NCBI GenBank assembly: GCA_009914755.4
Contig: CP068257.2
Location: forward strand, 224,001 to 288,000
Direction of reading: 5' to 3'
Length of the DNA stretch: 64,000 nucleotides
DNA from: the human T2T-CHM13v2.0 reference genome, Homo sapiens
The translations under genes were made by a program, and so were the position numbers. Each line of letters starts with the position of its first letter. The first letter of the stretch is position 1. Below the pieces are notes generated by a model. The model was not told the DNA's origin, did no database searches, and was given only the letters and a program-made list of their open reading frames with translations. Positions 48,317-64,000 of this stretch are shown piece after piece.

Positions 48317-49283
48317 GGATTTTCATAATCATGAAGAAATGAAAGATCTGATGGATTAAAATTGCATTTTGAATACAGATATTGCTATATTCAGACAGGA
48401 AATGTGCACAATGAAAAATGACAACCTGGAAAAAGAAAATAAATAACTTAAGGAAGTTAAAATTGTTAAAGAAACAAATGCTGTCCTTGAAAAGTATATA
48501 AAACTCAATGAGGAATTGATAACAATAACAGCATTCCGGTATCAACAAGAGCTTAATGATCTCAAAGCTGAGAATACAAGGCTCAGTTCCGGACTGTTGA
48601 AGGAAGAAGAAAGCAACAAAAGACTGGAAGCTGAAACTGAATCTTATCAGTCTAGACTGGCTGCTTCTATAAGTAAACACAGTGAAAGTGTGAAAACAGA
48701 AAGAAACCTAAAACTTGCTTTAGAGAGAACTCAAGATGTTTCCGTACAAGTAAAAATGAGTTCTGATATTTCCGAAGTAGAAGAATGAGTTTCTTACTGA
48801 ACAACTTTCTAAACCACAAATTAAATTCAATACCTTAAAAGATAAGTTCCGTAAGACAAGAGATACTCTCAGAAAAAAGTCATTGGCTTTAGAAACTGTA
48901 CATAACAACCTAAGCCAAACACAGCAGCAAATAAAGGAAATGAAAGAGATGTATGAAAATGCAGAAGCTAAAGAGAATAATTCCACTGGAAAGTGGAGCT
49001 GTGTAGAAGAGAGAATATGTCAACTCCAACATGAAAATCCGTGCATTGAACAGCAACTAGATGATGTTCATCAGAAAGAGTATCATAAAGAGATAATAAC
49101 TAATATCCAAAGAAGCTTTATTGAGAGTGGAAAGACCTCATGCTAGAAGAGAAAAATAAGAAGGTAATGAATGAATGTGATCATTTAAAAGAAAGTCTCT
49201 TTCAATATGAGAGAGAGAAAGCAGAAAGAGTAGTAAGTATCAAGGAAGATAAATATTTTCAAACTTCTAGAAAGAAAATTTAA
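48317..49283 (+). pseudogene. ANKRD20A-family terminal coding exon (~0.97 kb) with at least 2 in-frame stops and at least 2 frameshifts; the TAA stop is at 49281
   Basis: The acceptor is ATTTAG|GATTTTCATAATCATGAAGAAATGAAAGAT. The translation pieces are DFHNHEEMKDLMD*NCILNTDIAIFRQEMCTMKNDNLEKENK*LKEVKIVKETNAVLEKYIKLNEELITITAFRYQQELNDLKAENTRLSSGLLKEEESNKRLEAETESYQSRLAASISKHSESVKTERNLKLALERTQDVSVQVKMSSDISEVEE, then a frameshift, then KNEFLTEQLSKPQIKFNTLKDKFRKTRDTLRKKSLALETVHNNLSQTQQQIKEMKEMYENAEAKENNSTGKWSCVEERICQLQHENPCIEQQLDDVHQKEYHKEIITNIQRSFIESGKTS, then a frameshift, then KDLMLEEKNKKVMNECDHLKESLFQYEREKAERVVSIKEDKYFQTSRKKI*. Confidence 0.8.
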
Positions 49284-50667
49284 ACATTTGGTTCTGGATA
49301 CATGTTGAACTTAGTTGAATATAAAAATCAATAGATAAAAAGTGTGTTTACCATACTGTATAATTCCATGTACGTGAAGCATCCAGAAAAGATAAACGTA
49401 TAGGGACAAAAAGTAGATTAATATTTGCAAAGGGCTGGGACTAGAAGCTGGTAGTGACTGCTAATGGGCATGAGGGATCTTGCAGTGATGGAAATGCTGT
49501 AAAGTTGGATTGTAGAGATGGCTGCACAACTCAGTAAATGGACTAAAAATCTTTTAACTTTAAGTTAAAACAGATACATTCTATAGTATGTAAATTATAT
49601 TTCAACAAAGCTGTTTTAATAAAAAAAGGAAAAATGTGTTTACTATATCAGCTTAGAAACATGCCTCATTTCTAGGAAATAAAAGGTAGAGATGAGAGAT
49701 GATTTACTTTGAGAAAAGACATTGTGTCACCTATGAAATTTTATTAGGCACAGAGTCATATTTTAAGATAGATAGTTCTGTACTGCTGAAATAATTTTAA
49801 TGACTTTATGTTGCCACATGTTAAGACCATAATGTAGGTATAAATGGAAATGTTTACACCTGAAATGAGTATTTTCAAATTAAAATTTAATTAAGTGATT
49901 TCCTTCGACACTTAATTCTAGACTTCCCAGATGAACTGAAGTGTATTGCTGTGTCTTGTAATACCTTGCTTTAAGTAGCTTTTTATGTGTTTTTTTTTTG
50001 GTATATCTTTGTTATTATTCATATTAATTTTAAAAATCTGAAAATACTTCAAATTACATATTTTTATGACTATGTAATGTTGTAAAGGCACCTACATGTC
50101 ATAAAATCATAATTTAGAATGAATGTAATAATTAGCAAAACTATGTTTGATTTAGTTTTGCCACTGGTATTTATAGTTTACTTTGACTATTTATATTAAT
50201 AATTAGCTCATAATTTTTATTTCAAGGCTCAATGACTATCGTTGGAATATAATTTTGTTCAGTACAGAGATACTTGTAGCTGCCTGTGATTTATGAGTAA
50301 GGCATTAGATCCCCATTTTCAGACTGAGGGGTGGCAGGCTTCACGTACAGTGGGAATGGAGTAATTACAGGAAGGAGTTGTAGGAGCTTTGAAGTCAGAG
50401 AGGGAGGTAGAGGACTGTTTACCTAGGGCCTCAAAGGCCATTGGAATTTCACTTTTATCCTGAGATAGGAATCTGTTGGAAGGATTTGAAAAGGTGATTG
50501 AATATGTTAGTCACTTTGAGGTTGAGTTGAGCTTCTAAGATGATTGAATGGTGGGATGAACCTGTTGTGTAAGTAAGAGAATACCAATTTGGCAGGGAGT
50601 TAAATATTATTAACATAATTTAATAATAAGGCAATTTATAAAATCAGTAACAAAAATATTTTCTCAG

Positions 50668-50743
50668 GTGGTTGTGAGACAACTTCAACAAGAAGCGGCT
50701 GACAGCCTAAAAAAATTAACTACGTTAGAGTCTCCACTGGAAG
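50668..50743 (+). other. Orphan exon-like segment with a strong acceptor and donor; gene unknown
   Basis: TTTTCTCAG|GTGGTTGTGAGACAACTTCAACAAGAAGCGGCTGACAGCCTAAAAAAATTAACTACGTTAGAGTCTCCACTGGAAG|GTATGTC gives an open frame VVVRQLQQEAADSLKKLTTLESPLE. Confidence 0.3.
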
Positions 50744-51465
50744 GTATGTCACATTATCACATTAATTTGGATGAGACACAGGCCCCAAAGAAGAAATTAT
50801 TTCAAGTGAAAAGTCAAGTATGTATGGAATTTAACATGTCAACTCTTATTCTGTAGCTAGTTGAGTTTATATAACGTGTTTTAGGATACTAATTTTGGCA
50901 GAAGCTTGATTTTTTAGTTTCATTACAATGAATTATTTCCATTTTACTATCTTTATAATGTACTTATTTTTTTATATTGTGACTTTCATTCTACCATTTT
51001 GAAAAACCATTGCATACCTTTTCTGTTACAATATGTACCCTTGGAAAAGTGGAGAATTATATATCATTCCTCATAGAAAACTGACTTTTTTCCTGTAAAA
51101 ACAGTATTTTTAAGTAATTTTTGTATTGTTCTGATGAGGCAGGCCATATTAAATCAGAGGAGAATATTTCATGGAAAGTTCCAGAAAGTTGTCTTATTTC
51201 TTCACTTTCGTGAATGGACACAGAATCTGTGTCTATTTATTTCACAGATTGCAGGTTAACTTGTACAGAAAGGCCATTATACTATTCTTTGAAATGTGCA
51301 TGTTTTAGGTTAATTTACAAACTATTTGAAAATTTAGGCATTTTCTTTATCTTTAATTTAAAATATACTATAAAACTCTAAAAATATTTAGATTTGATAT
51401 AGCATGTAAGTCAAAAATTGAGAGTTGAGAAAATTATCTTGATCCTGCCTTTGGATTTTAAAAAC

Positions 51466-51960
51466 AGTTTCACTGAGATATCATTCACATTTGAGAGAGT
51501 TCAACCATTTAAAATGTACAACTGAGTATCTATTAGTATATTCACAGCATTTTCATCACCCTGAAAAGCAACCCCACATCTCCTAGGCATGACTGCAGCC
51601 TTCCTCCATGTCCCTCCACCTACCCGTGTTGTAGGCAACCACCATCTATCTACTTTTGTCTCCATATATTTACCTGTTCTGTATATTTCGTATACATAGC
51701 GTTATACAATATGTAGTCCTTTGTGACTGGCTTTTTCACTTAGCATAATGCTTTCAGAATTCATGCATGTTTTAGCACACATGAGTAGTTTATTTCTTCT
51801 TATAGTTAAATGATGTACTATTCCATGGCTATACTGGTTTTCCATTCATTCATCAGTTGATGGACCTTTAAGTTAGCTTCCACTTTTTAGCTATTATGAA
51901 CAATGCTGCTGCGAACATTCACTTACAGGTTATTATGTGGACACGGGTTTTTATTTCCCT
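51466..51960 (-). mobile_element. L1M (mammalian-wide L1) 3' end and distal ORF2
   Basis: The antisense 3' UTR reads ...CAGCATTTTCATCACCCTGAAAAGCAACCCCACATCTCCTAGG.... It is followed by ...TACTATTCCATGGCTATACTGGTTTTCCATTCATTCATCAGTTGATGGACCTTTAAGTTAGCTTCCACTTTTTAGCTATTATGAACAATGCTGCTG. Confidence 0.8.
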
Positions 51961-53049
51961 GCCATTGGACTTTATCCTCAGAGTTAATTGGGCAGATTTC
52001 AGCACTTGTCTTGCTCATGCTATCCTTTCTGCCTTCTCAGTTTCTGTTCATCTAGCCTCATTCACTCAGACGTGGCAGACAATTTATTGTTTTCATGAAG
52101 CTTTCTCTGACTGTTCTCTCGTTGACCTTATGTGTTAGCAATCGTTGTCTAGTCTGTGCAGAAAAACTTAGTCCTTAATTTTACATGGCTTTTATTTTTT
52201 TATGGAAGATAATTTTCTCTCATTATAAATTTGCTTAATGGGGGAATAGTATATAATATGTATGTCACCTATCCTTGCATACATTGAAAATATTTTAGCT
52301 TAGAAGTTTGTAGCATAGAATTCAATACTTCTTTATACCATACCAATTATTTCTTCTTTGAGACCTTGACACAGTAAGGTTTATATTCTAAGTGTATTTT
52401 TAGCAATTAAATATCAAAGCCAACCCAATTAGTCTAATACAGGAGACTCGTTCAATCACATGTTTATGTTTTTCTCTCTATGAAAAAGAATCTAAATTGG
52501 CCTTTTTTCACTATGCAGCAGAACTGTGTTTCTGGACCTCTACCAGTTTGTCAGCTGAGCAGTTCTGGCTGCAGCTTGTCTGTTGACGGATAGCACAGCC
52601 CCTCTATCTGAGTGCTCAGCAGAGTGCTTGTGAAGGCAGCACCACAGCAACAGTTGCTCAGAGCGAACGGATTCAGGAGCCTCAATTTAGCAATAGAGTC
52701 CAGGGTTTTCAGCTCAGTGTCTTTAGCCTGTCTCTGCTGGTCATGTCAGTTATGTTCTATTCAATCCAGGAGGTGCTGTTTACGTTGTAGTACATATATA
52801 GTCACTGCCTAATGAGTCATACAGAGAGAAAAGTAAGTTATAAATTATGTCCCCCATTTGCTGCAACTCTCAGTGGTAAGAATGATTCAGTGCAGCTATA
52901 GGAGAATACTTCCATTGGCATGCCACCTGCCTAACTTACACAATTTTGTTAAGATATGCAATAAAATTATTATGCTAATAGCAAATATTTTATGTAGCTC
53001 ACTATGTTCCACGTAGTCTTCTAAGTGCTTCATGTTAGTCCCAAGTTAA

Positions 53050-53335
53050 ACACCTGGTTTTGGAAGGCTGAGGCAGGAGGATCGCTTGAGCCCAGGAGTT
53101 TGAAACCAGCCAGAGCAATATGGTGAGACCCGGTCTCTAAAAAAAAAAAAAAAAAAAAAAATTAAACACTTAGCTGAGGCATGGTGATGCATGCCTATAG
53201 TCCCAGCTACATTGGGAGGCTGTGGTAGGAGGGTCATTTGAGCTTGGAATATTGAGGCTGTAGTGAACGGTGATCAAGCCACTGCACTCCAGGCTGGGTA
53301 ACAGAGGGAGACTCTGTCTCATAAATAAAACATTT
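53050..53335 (+). mobile_element. Alu, 5'-truncated by ~35 bp
   Basis: GGAAGGCTGAGGCAGGAGGATCGCTTGAGCCCAGGAGTTTGAAACCAGCCAGAGCAATATGGTGAGACCCGGTCTCTAAAAAAAAA... Confidence 0.85.
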
Positions 53336-53718
53336 TCTATAGATTCCCATAAAAGTGAGTTAGACATCAGTCATAGAATTATTAGCCACTTTGATGTCTA
53401 CCTTGGGAGTAAAACATATAATAAGGGGCAGCTTTAAACCATCTCAATCAATAGCCTCCAACTTCTTGAGAAGGTTCTTATTTCATGAACTTCTAAACAA
53501 GAGACTACCTGGATTAAGACATTTGGTGGACACCATTTTGAGATGAAGAATCTTGAGTGAGAAGAAGGGAGATCTCTACTTACTGAAGCTTCCCAATGAC
53601 ATAGTTAAGTGTCCCCCAAAAGAAACTTTAGAACAAGACTTTCATCATGCCACATCTCTATGGAAAAGGAATTTCTTTAAAAGAAAATAAAGGCAAACAA
53701 TTGATAATCTGATTCTCA

Positions 53719-54183
<465 letters not shown>

Positions 54184-54416
54184 TCAAAGTAACATTAATG
54201 AGAACCAACATAAAATAGACAAGATTCACTATCTACAAAAGTAATCTGCACCAATTAGCAATGTATGAGCATGTGGTTGAGAATATTGTCTATAATATGT
54301 GTACTAGAACGAAGAGACCTCAAGAAAATGGTCAGAGCTGGAAATGTAGATTTGGGAATCTAGGTCAAAGTTTTGAGATTTTAGGAGTCCTGAGAGAATT
54401 TAAAAAGAGAATTAGC

Positions 54417-56390
<1,974 letters not shown>

Positions 56391-57115
56391 AGAGGGAGCA
56401 TTTGGTCACTGCTCTGCTGAGTACAGCAGGATAAAGTCCTTCATGACCCTTGGACTTTTTTATTGGGATTATTAAAAATCAGATTTCAGTATAAAAAACA
56501 CCATAATTGATGAAAAATAGATTTCTGAATGAGACCATGTGCCATAGAGTCCAATGGAAGGGGAGAAACAGGATAATAGAAAAGCCACAAAAAGTAGACA
56601 AAAGTTGTTTTTATTATAGAAAAAATATACTTTATTTAAAGAGAAATGGTTAAGAGAAAGGGAAAAACTGAAACCTATGGGTGAATACTTAGAATGACAG
56701 TATTTAGCTCAACCTGAAGACAGATGAGGATGAAAAATGTAATGGGAACTAGATAAGAGTTTTTTAAAAATTGTCTTAGTAAGATGTAATTTAAGAAAAC
56801 TTGGAATATCTTAAACTACTAAAGACAATATTTCTAGAGCACCTTTAAAAACTAAAATGTAAATATAACTACTCTTTTTTTTAACTAACCCTTAGTATTT
56901 TGTGTGTAAAAACCCTCATTTGTAACAAACATTTTTGGCAGTTTAAATTTCAGAAAAGATAACGATGAAAATTTGAAACACTTATAGCAGTTTTAAGAAA
57001 AGTGACTATTTTTGAAATCTGCCCTTATTGGCATCAGGTTTACAAAATGCACTTTATACACCTGCCTAAATACATATTACTCATCCACTTATGAGAAATA
57101 ATATTTTTGAGATAA

Positions 57116-57307
<192 letters not shown>

Positions 57308-57518
57308 TAACCACTTATTAATTGATTTAACTCTAATTTTACTTGACTAAAACCTAGATACAAATTCATTTTAAGTTTGCATTTTCATAATTAAATTAAT
57401 TCTATTTTAAAATGTATTTCAGAAACTCACAGCACAACTTTTTAGACATGTGTGTCATGGGGGCAGGAGTCAGCTGAGCTGCTGGGGCAAGGTGAAATTT
57501 TTTTTGAATGCCAAAATA

Positions 57519-57794
57519 TTTTTTTTTTCTTTTTGAGAAAGAGTCTGGCTCTGTTTCCCAGGCTGGAGTGCAATGGCACGGTCTTGGCTCACTGCAACCT
57601 ATGCCTCCAAGCAATTTTCCTGCCTCAGCCTCCTGATTAGCTGGCATTACAGGCATGTGCCACCACGCCCAGCTAATTTTTGTATTTTTAGTAGAGATGG
57701 GGTTTTGCCAAGTTGATCAGGCTGGTCTTGAATTCCTGACCTCGTGATCTGCTGCCTCGGCCTCCCAAAGTGACGTGAGCCACCATGCCCGGCC
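57519..57794 (-). mobile_element. Alu
   Basis: Antisense Alu: GAGAAAGAGTCTGGCTCTGTTTCCCAGGCTGGAGTGCAATGGCACGGTCTTGGCTCACTGCAACC... Confidence 0.85.
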
Positions 57795-58687
57795 ACTTAT
57801 TCTTTCATGATTTTGAAAACAATGACCAAGCCTTGGACATATAATGTCCAGTGCACTCTTCATTATCTAGTTTGAATTTTTATTTCTGAAGATATGTTTT
57901 GCTGTCTGTGGTCATTTTTTCTTCCTTTTGTAGTATCCTCTGCTGCATTCAAATTTCTTAAAGAAGACTTGTTTGTGTCATTCTTTAACATCAAATTTAT
58001 CTTGATATGTAGCTTATATTTTGTTTCTGCTTCTTTTTATTTTAGATATAAAACATATCATGGAAATTTACTCATTGTAGATGAGTACCTCTGTTGTATA
58101 CATGAAGTATACATGTTATTAAACTTGTTTTACATAAATAAATTTCATATATATAAATATATGTATAACTTGAAGAAAAAGTAAAATGAACATTTATGTT
58201 TTGATCACAGATTTTTTTTAAAACAACGGAATCTGTCTTTGAAGCCTTGAACACAGCTACTTTTCTATTTATTTACTGAGCACTTAATTTGGTTTTCTGA
58301 TTCGAATCAACATTTTTCTGTCATTGCCTTTCTCTACATGGTTTTGTGTCTCTTTAATTTTGTTGACATTATGTCAGCAAAGATGTCTAGATCTCTTCTT
58401 CAAAGTCTTTAAATCGTCACACATCTCTCCGCCCCTTTCCTTTTTTCTAAAACTGCCTGTTTCCTTTTTCTCCTCAACTCAGATATTAAAGATGTTTTCT
58501 TCTCTTTTTCTACATTGAAAGATCTCCTTGATGCTTTTGGTGTGTACTTTTTTTTCTCTGATAGACTGTGGTCAATGCATATCAAAATGTATTTTTTGAC
58601 TTTTTCAAACGTATGTGTTTTACTTTTTTATCTTGGTTACTTATCTCTGGGTTATGGCTTATATTTAGTTATAGGTTATTTTACCTA

Positions 58688-59047
<360 letters not shown>

Positions 59048-59272
59048 TTATAATATCACTTTACCTGCCATATATGACATAAAATTGTTCTTCATATTAT
59101 TTATCTAAGATTATAATTTCATATAGAATGCTTTTAAACTATGTTCAGTTGAAACTGAAAGGAACATAGTTTATAGATTTGTTTCCTTGATATGCCATAA
59201 CATATATTTAAACAATTATTAAATATTTACTCTTAAAAATACTTGACTTACTAATTCTGTACATTTCTGCAG

Positions 59273-59927
<655 letters not shown>

Positions 59928-60584
59928 TTTAAATCAGTTTTTGTATTAAAAATCATGCATTTTGGAAAATATTGATAATGGAAAAACCCAAATTCTGCCA
60001 AAATATGTTGAGAAAATAGAGGGTAAATATATCTTTTCAAACTTTAAATGCCTCAGGCTCTTAGTTAATCTTCCCCAGATCTGGGAAGACCTAGAAGGGG
60101 AGAGATTGGGCTACCTTAATGAGGGCCATTTCAATCTCTTGGCCTGCAGCAGCCATTTCAAAATACGTCAAAAAATATATTTGGGGGTAAAATATTTTGA
60201 TTTCCTTCAGCCTCTTCTCTCTGTGATGCTGCACCAGAATCAGATTAGAAAGGAAGCCACATTATAAGTGTTAATAAAACCCATCTGATGAGATTTGATA
60301 GTTTGAAGGGTGTGTTTCCCAGACCCTTTAGATAGAATTTGGGGCCAAAGAAAACAAGGTCTTATTCCTCTGTATAAATCTGTCAGTGCTTTAAGCAGTG
60401 AAAGAAAGATTTTTCATTTAATTTTACAGACTTGAAACTAATGAAAAGGATAGCTTGTAAAATATAAATCTCTTTTTCTATAAAAAGGACATGTTGTTGA
60501 TTCTCTTAGACCTTGAACCCTGGCCAGTGATTTGAAACCAAGCAGTACCTATCTCCGGATCTCTAGTACCAAATTAATTCGGGG

Positions 60585-60915
60585 TGGGGGGGTAACAGCT
60601 TTATTGAGAAATAATGAAAACACCATGCAATTCACTCATTTAAAGTATACAATTCATTAACTTTAGTATTTTCAGAGTTATGCCATCATCATTACAATTA
60701 ATTTTAGAACATTTTCATCACCCTAAAAACAAACCCCACATCATTTAGCCATCTTCACTAGTTTTCCCTTCCTCCCTCAGCCCTAGGGAACCACCCAGCT
60801 TCTTTGTATAGATTTGCCTATAAGCCTCTGAAATAAAAAGCAAGTGGTCTGCTGGGACTGGCTTATTTCACTTAGCATAATTTTTCATGCTGCATCTGTG
60901 CTGTAGCAGGTATAG
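60585..60915 (-). mobile_element. L1M 3' end. The same element resumes at 61331 after a ~415-bp unclassified insertion (60916-61330)
   Basis: ACAGCTTTATTGAGAAATAATGAAAACACCATGCAATTCACTCATTTAAAGTATACAATTCATTAACTTTAGTATTTTCAGAGTTATGCCATCATCATTACAATTAATTTTAGAACATTTTCATCACCCTAAAAACAAACCCCACATC. Confidence 0.75.
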
Positions 60916-61330
60916 ATGCTGGGCTTTTGCTCCTTAGTTCAGCTACATCTGGGTTCTTCTCTCGTGACCAGGAAAAATTAAGCATGCAGACACATTGAGG
61001 AGGGCAGAATTTATTATGTGAAAGGACAGCTCTCAGCAAAGAGAGGGGTCCTGCAAACAGGTTTCCACCTCACAATTGAATACCAGGAGCACATGAGCTG
61101 AAGCGGCCAGGCTCCTCCTCAGCATAAGGCGTGAATTCCTGGTGACCCCACCCCATCCCCCCACTGCATGTGGGCCTCCGGTCTGCTGCGGGCATGTCCA
61201 GGCAAGACAAGTCCAGCTTCCCTTATCTGCACATAACATCTGGTGAAAACACTTGTGGGGCTGGTTGGAGATTCTCCGGGGACCCTTCCGTATATGCCTA
61301 GGCATTTTGCTGTCTCCTCCTAATACGATA

Positions 61331-62455
61331 TCTGTACTTAATTTCTTCTTATTGCTGAGTAATAATCCATTGTATGGATACATCAAACATTTTATTTATC
61401 CATTCGCCAGGTGATGGGACCTTTGGGTTCTCTCCCACCCAAAGGTGACAGACGTTCTGGTTCTTTACACCTTTTGACTACTATTAATAATGCTGCTGTA
61501 AACATTTATGTATGAGTTTTTGTGCTTGTGTATGTTTTTATTTTTCTGGAGTATATACTTATGACTGGAATTTCTGTGTCATATGGTAACTTTATGCTTA
61601 ACCCTTTAAGGAGCTGCCAGTTTGTTTTCCAAAGTGGCTGCATCACTTTACATTCCCAGCAACATTAGATAAGGGTTTTAATTTCTTTACATTTTTTTCT
61701 AACACTCTTTTTTCTTGAACAAAGATTTTATCCTGTGGTGTGAAGTGATACCACATGTGGTTTTGATTTACATTTTCCTAATGACTAATTACATTAAGCA
61801 TCTATTAATGTGCTTATCCATCTTTATATCTTCTTTGCAGATATATCTATTCAAAATCTTTGACCATTTTTTAAAATTGGCTTATCTTGTTATTTATTAA
61901 TTGCAAGAGTTATTTATATTTCCTCTATATGTAAGTCCCTTATCAGATACACGCTTTTCAAATACTTTCTTCTACTTGGCGTCTTACCTTTTCACTTCTT
62001 CATACTGTCTTCTGAGGCACAGCAGTTTTCAATTTTGAAGTCCATTGAATCCATTTTTCCTTTGGAGTCATAGCTAAGAAAACACTGGCAAATGCAGACA
62101 CAAAGATTTATGCCAGTGTTTTCTTCTGAGGGTTTTATAGTTTTAGCTTTTACAGTTAACTATTTTATTTTGAGTTAATTTTTAAATAAGATATTTGGTC
62201 GAACTTTATTTATTTTTTGCTTATGGATACCCAGTTGTCCCAGAACCATTTGTTGAAAAGACTATTCTTTTCCCATTGTGTTCTTTCGTTAAGTTTGTAT
62301 AAAATCAATTGACTGTAAAAGTGCAAGCTTATTTTTAGATTGTCAATTCTTAGCTTCTTTATGTCTATTCTTATGTCAAGGCCCAATCGAATTGAATGAG
62401 AAGTTTTTTTCAATCATGTTGCATATTACCAGTTGTCTTATGTCATAATAAAAAT
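61331..62455 (-). mobile_element. L1M ORF2 region (antisense on the plus strand)
   Basis: ...TTTATTTATCCATTCGCCAGGTGATGGGACCTTTGGGTT..TAATAATGCTGCTGTAAACATTTATGTATGAG..GTATATACTTATGACTGGAATTTCTGTGTCATATGGTAACTTTATGCTTAACCCTTTAAGGAGCTGCCAGTTTGTTTTCCAAAGTGGCTGCATCACTTTACATTCCCAGCAACA.... Confidence 0.8.
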
Positions 62456-64000
62456 TAAATTTAGTGGAATATCTGTAACTTCACCTTTTGTCTCACAAAG
62501 GAGTCTCTGGCCAGCTTATACCTTACTTCATCTAAGACATGATCAGACGCCAGGCTTACAAGACACATTTAATTTCTTTTTTTCTCCATTCAAGCCTTTA
62601 GTCTCTTTTCCATTGCCTCCCGCTATAGTTATATTTTCAGTAAGTTTTGGTCGCAGGATCTGCTGACATAGTCTAATATTTAGTGCATTATGTTTTACTA
62701 ACTCATTATAATTCATAGAACCTTCCATAGATGTTTACCATCGAGGAAGGAGAAGTTTAAGTCTGAGCCACCAGCTTTCCTCAGTGGAAATCAAGTGAAG
62801 TCATCATCTTGCAGTTTACAGACCCTCTTTCCTCCTGGTAGCTGGTTCTCTTGGGTAGTACTGTGGCTAATCCTTTTCTTAGTGCAGATCTTGCATTCTC
62901 AGAGACCACAGTTCCCTGTATTGACCTCCTTTTACTGAAACAGAGATGCACAGCTCTGCTTTCTAGCTCAGTAGAGGATTCTTGGAAAAAAACGTTTAAC
63001 TCATTCCAAGAAAAAGTCTTAGGAGTGCAGCACTTCAAAATCAGGTAATGTTCAGGCAATTTATCAGAGACACATAGTAGATTAGTATTTTGACTTTCAA
63101 AATTTCGGAGCCAATTTGTGTGCTATAGAGAAGCATTGTGGCATAACATAGAGATGGGATGGTCTTAACTTCTCCATACAAACAAGCTTGGAGTAAGGTA
63201 AAGGAGAAATTGCATTTGATGTCTTAACACTCAAAACACACTATGCTTATTTTACTTCTGTGAAGACTAAAAATCATTCCATAGTCTCCTTATTTGCTCA
63301 TTTAGAAAAGAAAATGAAAATTGAATACTAGGTTGATTAATAAACACTCAAAGCTTCTTCTTTTAGAATTTTAGTTAATTGAAATCAGGTAAATGTCTGA
63401 TTTTGCCTATGTCGCCAAGTATTTCTAGTTGTTTTTCAAATCATACATCTTCTTGCTTCCCAGTCTTATTTCCTAACTTGAGGGAAAAGTGTAAGGAGAC
63501 ATCCTTGCCTTGTTATCAGAGTTCATAATTGAAGGAGTTTTAGGAAAATTCCTCCTCAGCAGCTTATGTCTCTCTCCTGGTTATCTGCTGCTTCTCAATA
63601 ATGTTTGACATCAATAAATAAATCTCAACATTTATTAGATCCTACTTTAAAAGAGACTTTTCTGCTGCATAAGTTATGTTTCCTGTTGTCTCTTTTTAAA
63701 AGTTATTTTTCTAACAATTACCCAGAATCTTGTGGCTTGAAAGAAAAACATTTATTTTGTTCATGAACCTGTGGTTTGGGAAAAACTTGGCCAGGACAGC
63801 TTGTCTCTGCTCCCTTCAGCTTCCCTAGGAACAGCTGATCAGTTGGGGAAATGGAGTCCTCTGAAGCTTTGGTCACCCACTTGTTTGATGGTTGATGCTG
63901 GCCATCGGCTGTAAACTTGGTTGGGACAGGCAGCATGAACACTGACACAGGCACTTTCAGGCTCTCACAATTGGGGCTGGGTTCCAAGGGAAAACAGTCT

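Noticed and set aside
48516-49146. ORFs 48516-48788 plus (90 aa) and 48883-49146 plus (87 aa) as separate small coiled-coil genes
   Set aside because: They are consecutive pieces of one ANKRD20A-family terminal exon, separated only by a frameshift. The 48883 start is a TTG or GTG called as M by the ORF finder.
61033-61386. ORF 61033-61386 minus (117 aa) within the ~415-bp insertion in L1M
   Set aside because: No start context or similarity. It lies in an unclassified interspersed, possibly LTR-derived insert. It is better treated as repeat sequence.

Overview
This 64-kb window is primate (human-like) nuclear DNA, not prokaryotic. It contains about 24 Alu elements, several L1 fragments of different ages and a NUMT. 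I found no prokaryotic operon, defence system or CRISPR array, and none of the long ORFs in the track is supported as a protein-coding gene. The layout is a repeat and duplicon patchwork typical of juxtacentromeric or subtelomeric human DNA.

Left to right:
- A degenerate ~19-bp tandem array (1-2370).
- A CpG-rich ~197-bp satellite of ~28 monomers (2370-7945), with a conserved tRNA T-arm / Pol III B-box-like hairpin in every monomer.
- An abrupt mid-monomer junction into a TAR1-like telomere-associated block (7946-8285), followed by a degenerate (TTAGGG)n-like interstitial telomeric tract (8657-8949).
- A 3'-truncated L1 (8950-11516) joined to an older L1M that carries an odd 1.2-kb CpG-island-like triplicated GC-rich block flanked by 151-bp direct repeats (11517-13025).
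- Two copies, 1.95 kb apart, of a GTF2I / GTF2IRD2-family first coding exon (15.5 kb and 17.5 kb).
- An unclassified ~75-bp satellite (25848-29690) whose monomer is built on nested palindromes. The array flips orientation twice, each time exactly at a monomer-internal palindrome.
- Abutting it, an ancient minus-strand NUMT (ND3-tRNAGly-COX3 segment, 29691-30690).
- The 3' half of an ANKRD20A-family pseudogene on the plus strand (exons between 33.2 kb and 49.3 kb, with nonsense, frameshift and splice-donor lesions).
- A very homogeneous 64-bp VNTR of ~26 copies (54726-56390).

The most interesting items are the palindrome-based inverted satellite, the interstitial telomere/TAR1 junctions, the B-box-bearing 197-bp satellite, the NUMT, the CpG-rich triplicated block and the 64-bp VNTR. 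Family names (TAR1, ANKRD20A, GTF2I, gamma-satellite, mtDNA genes) are recognised from memory of the sequences and need database confirmation.
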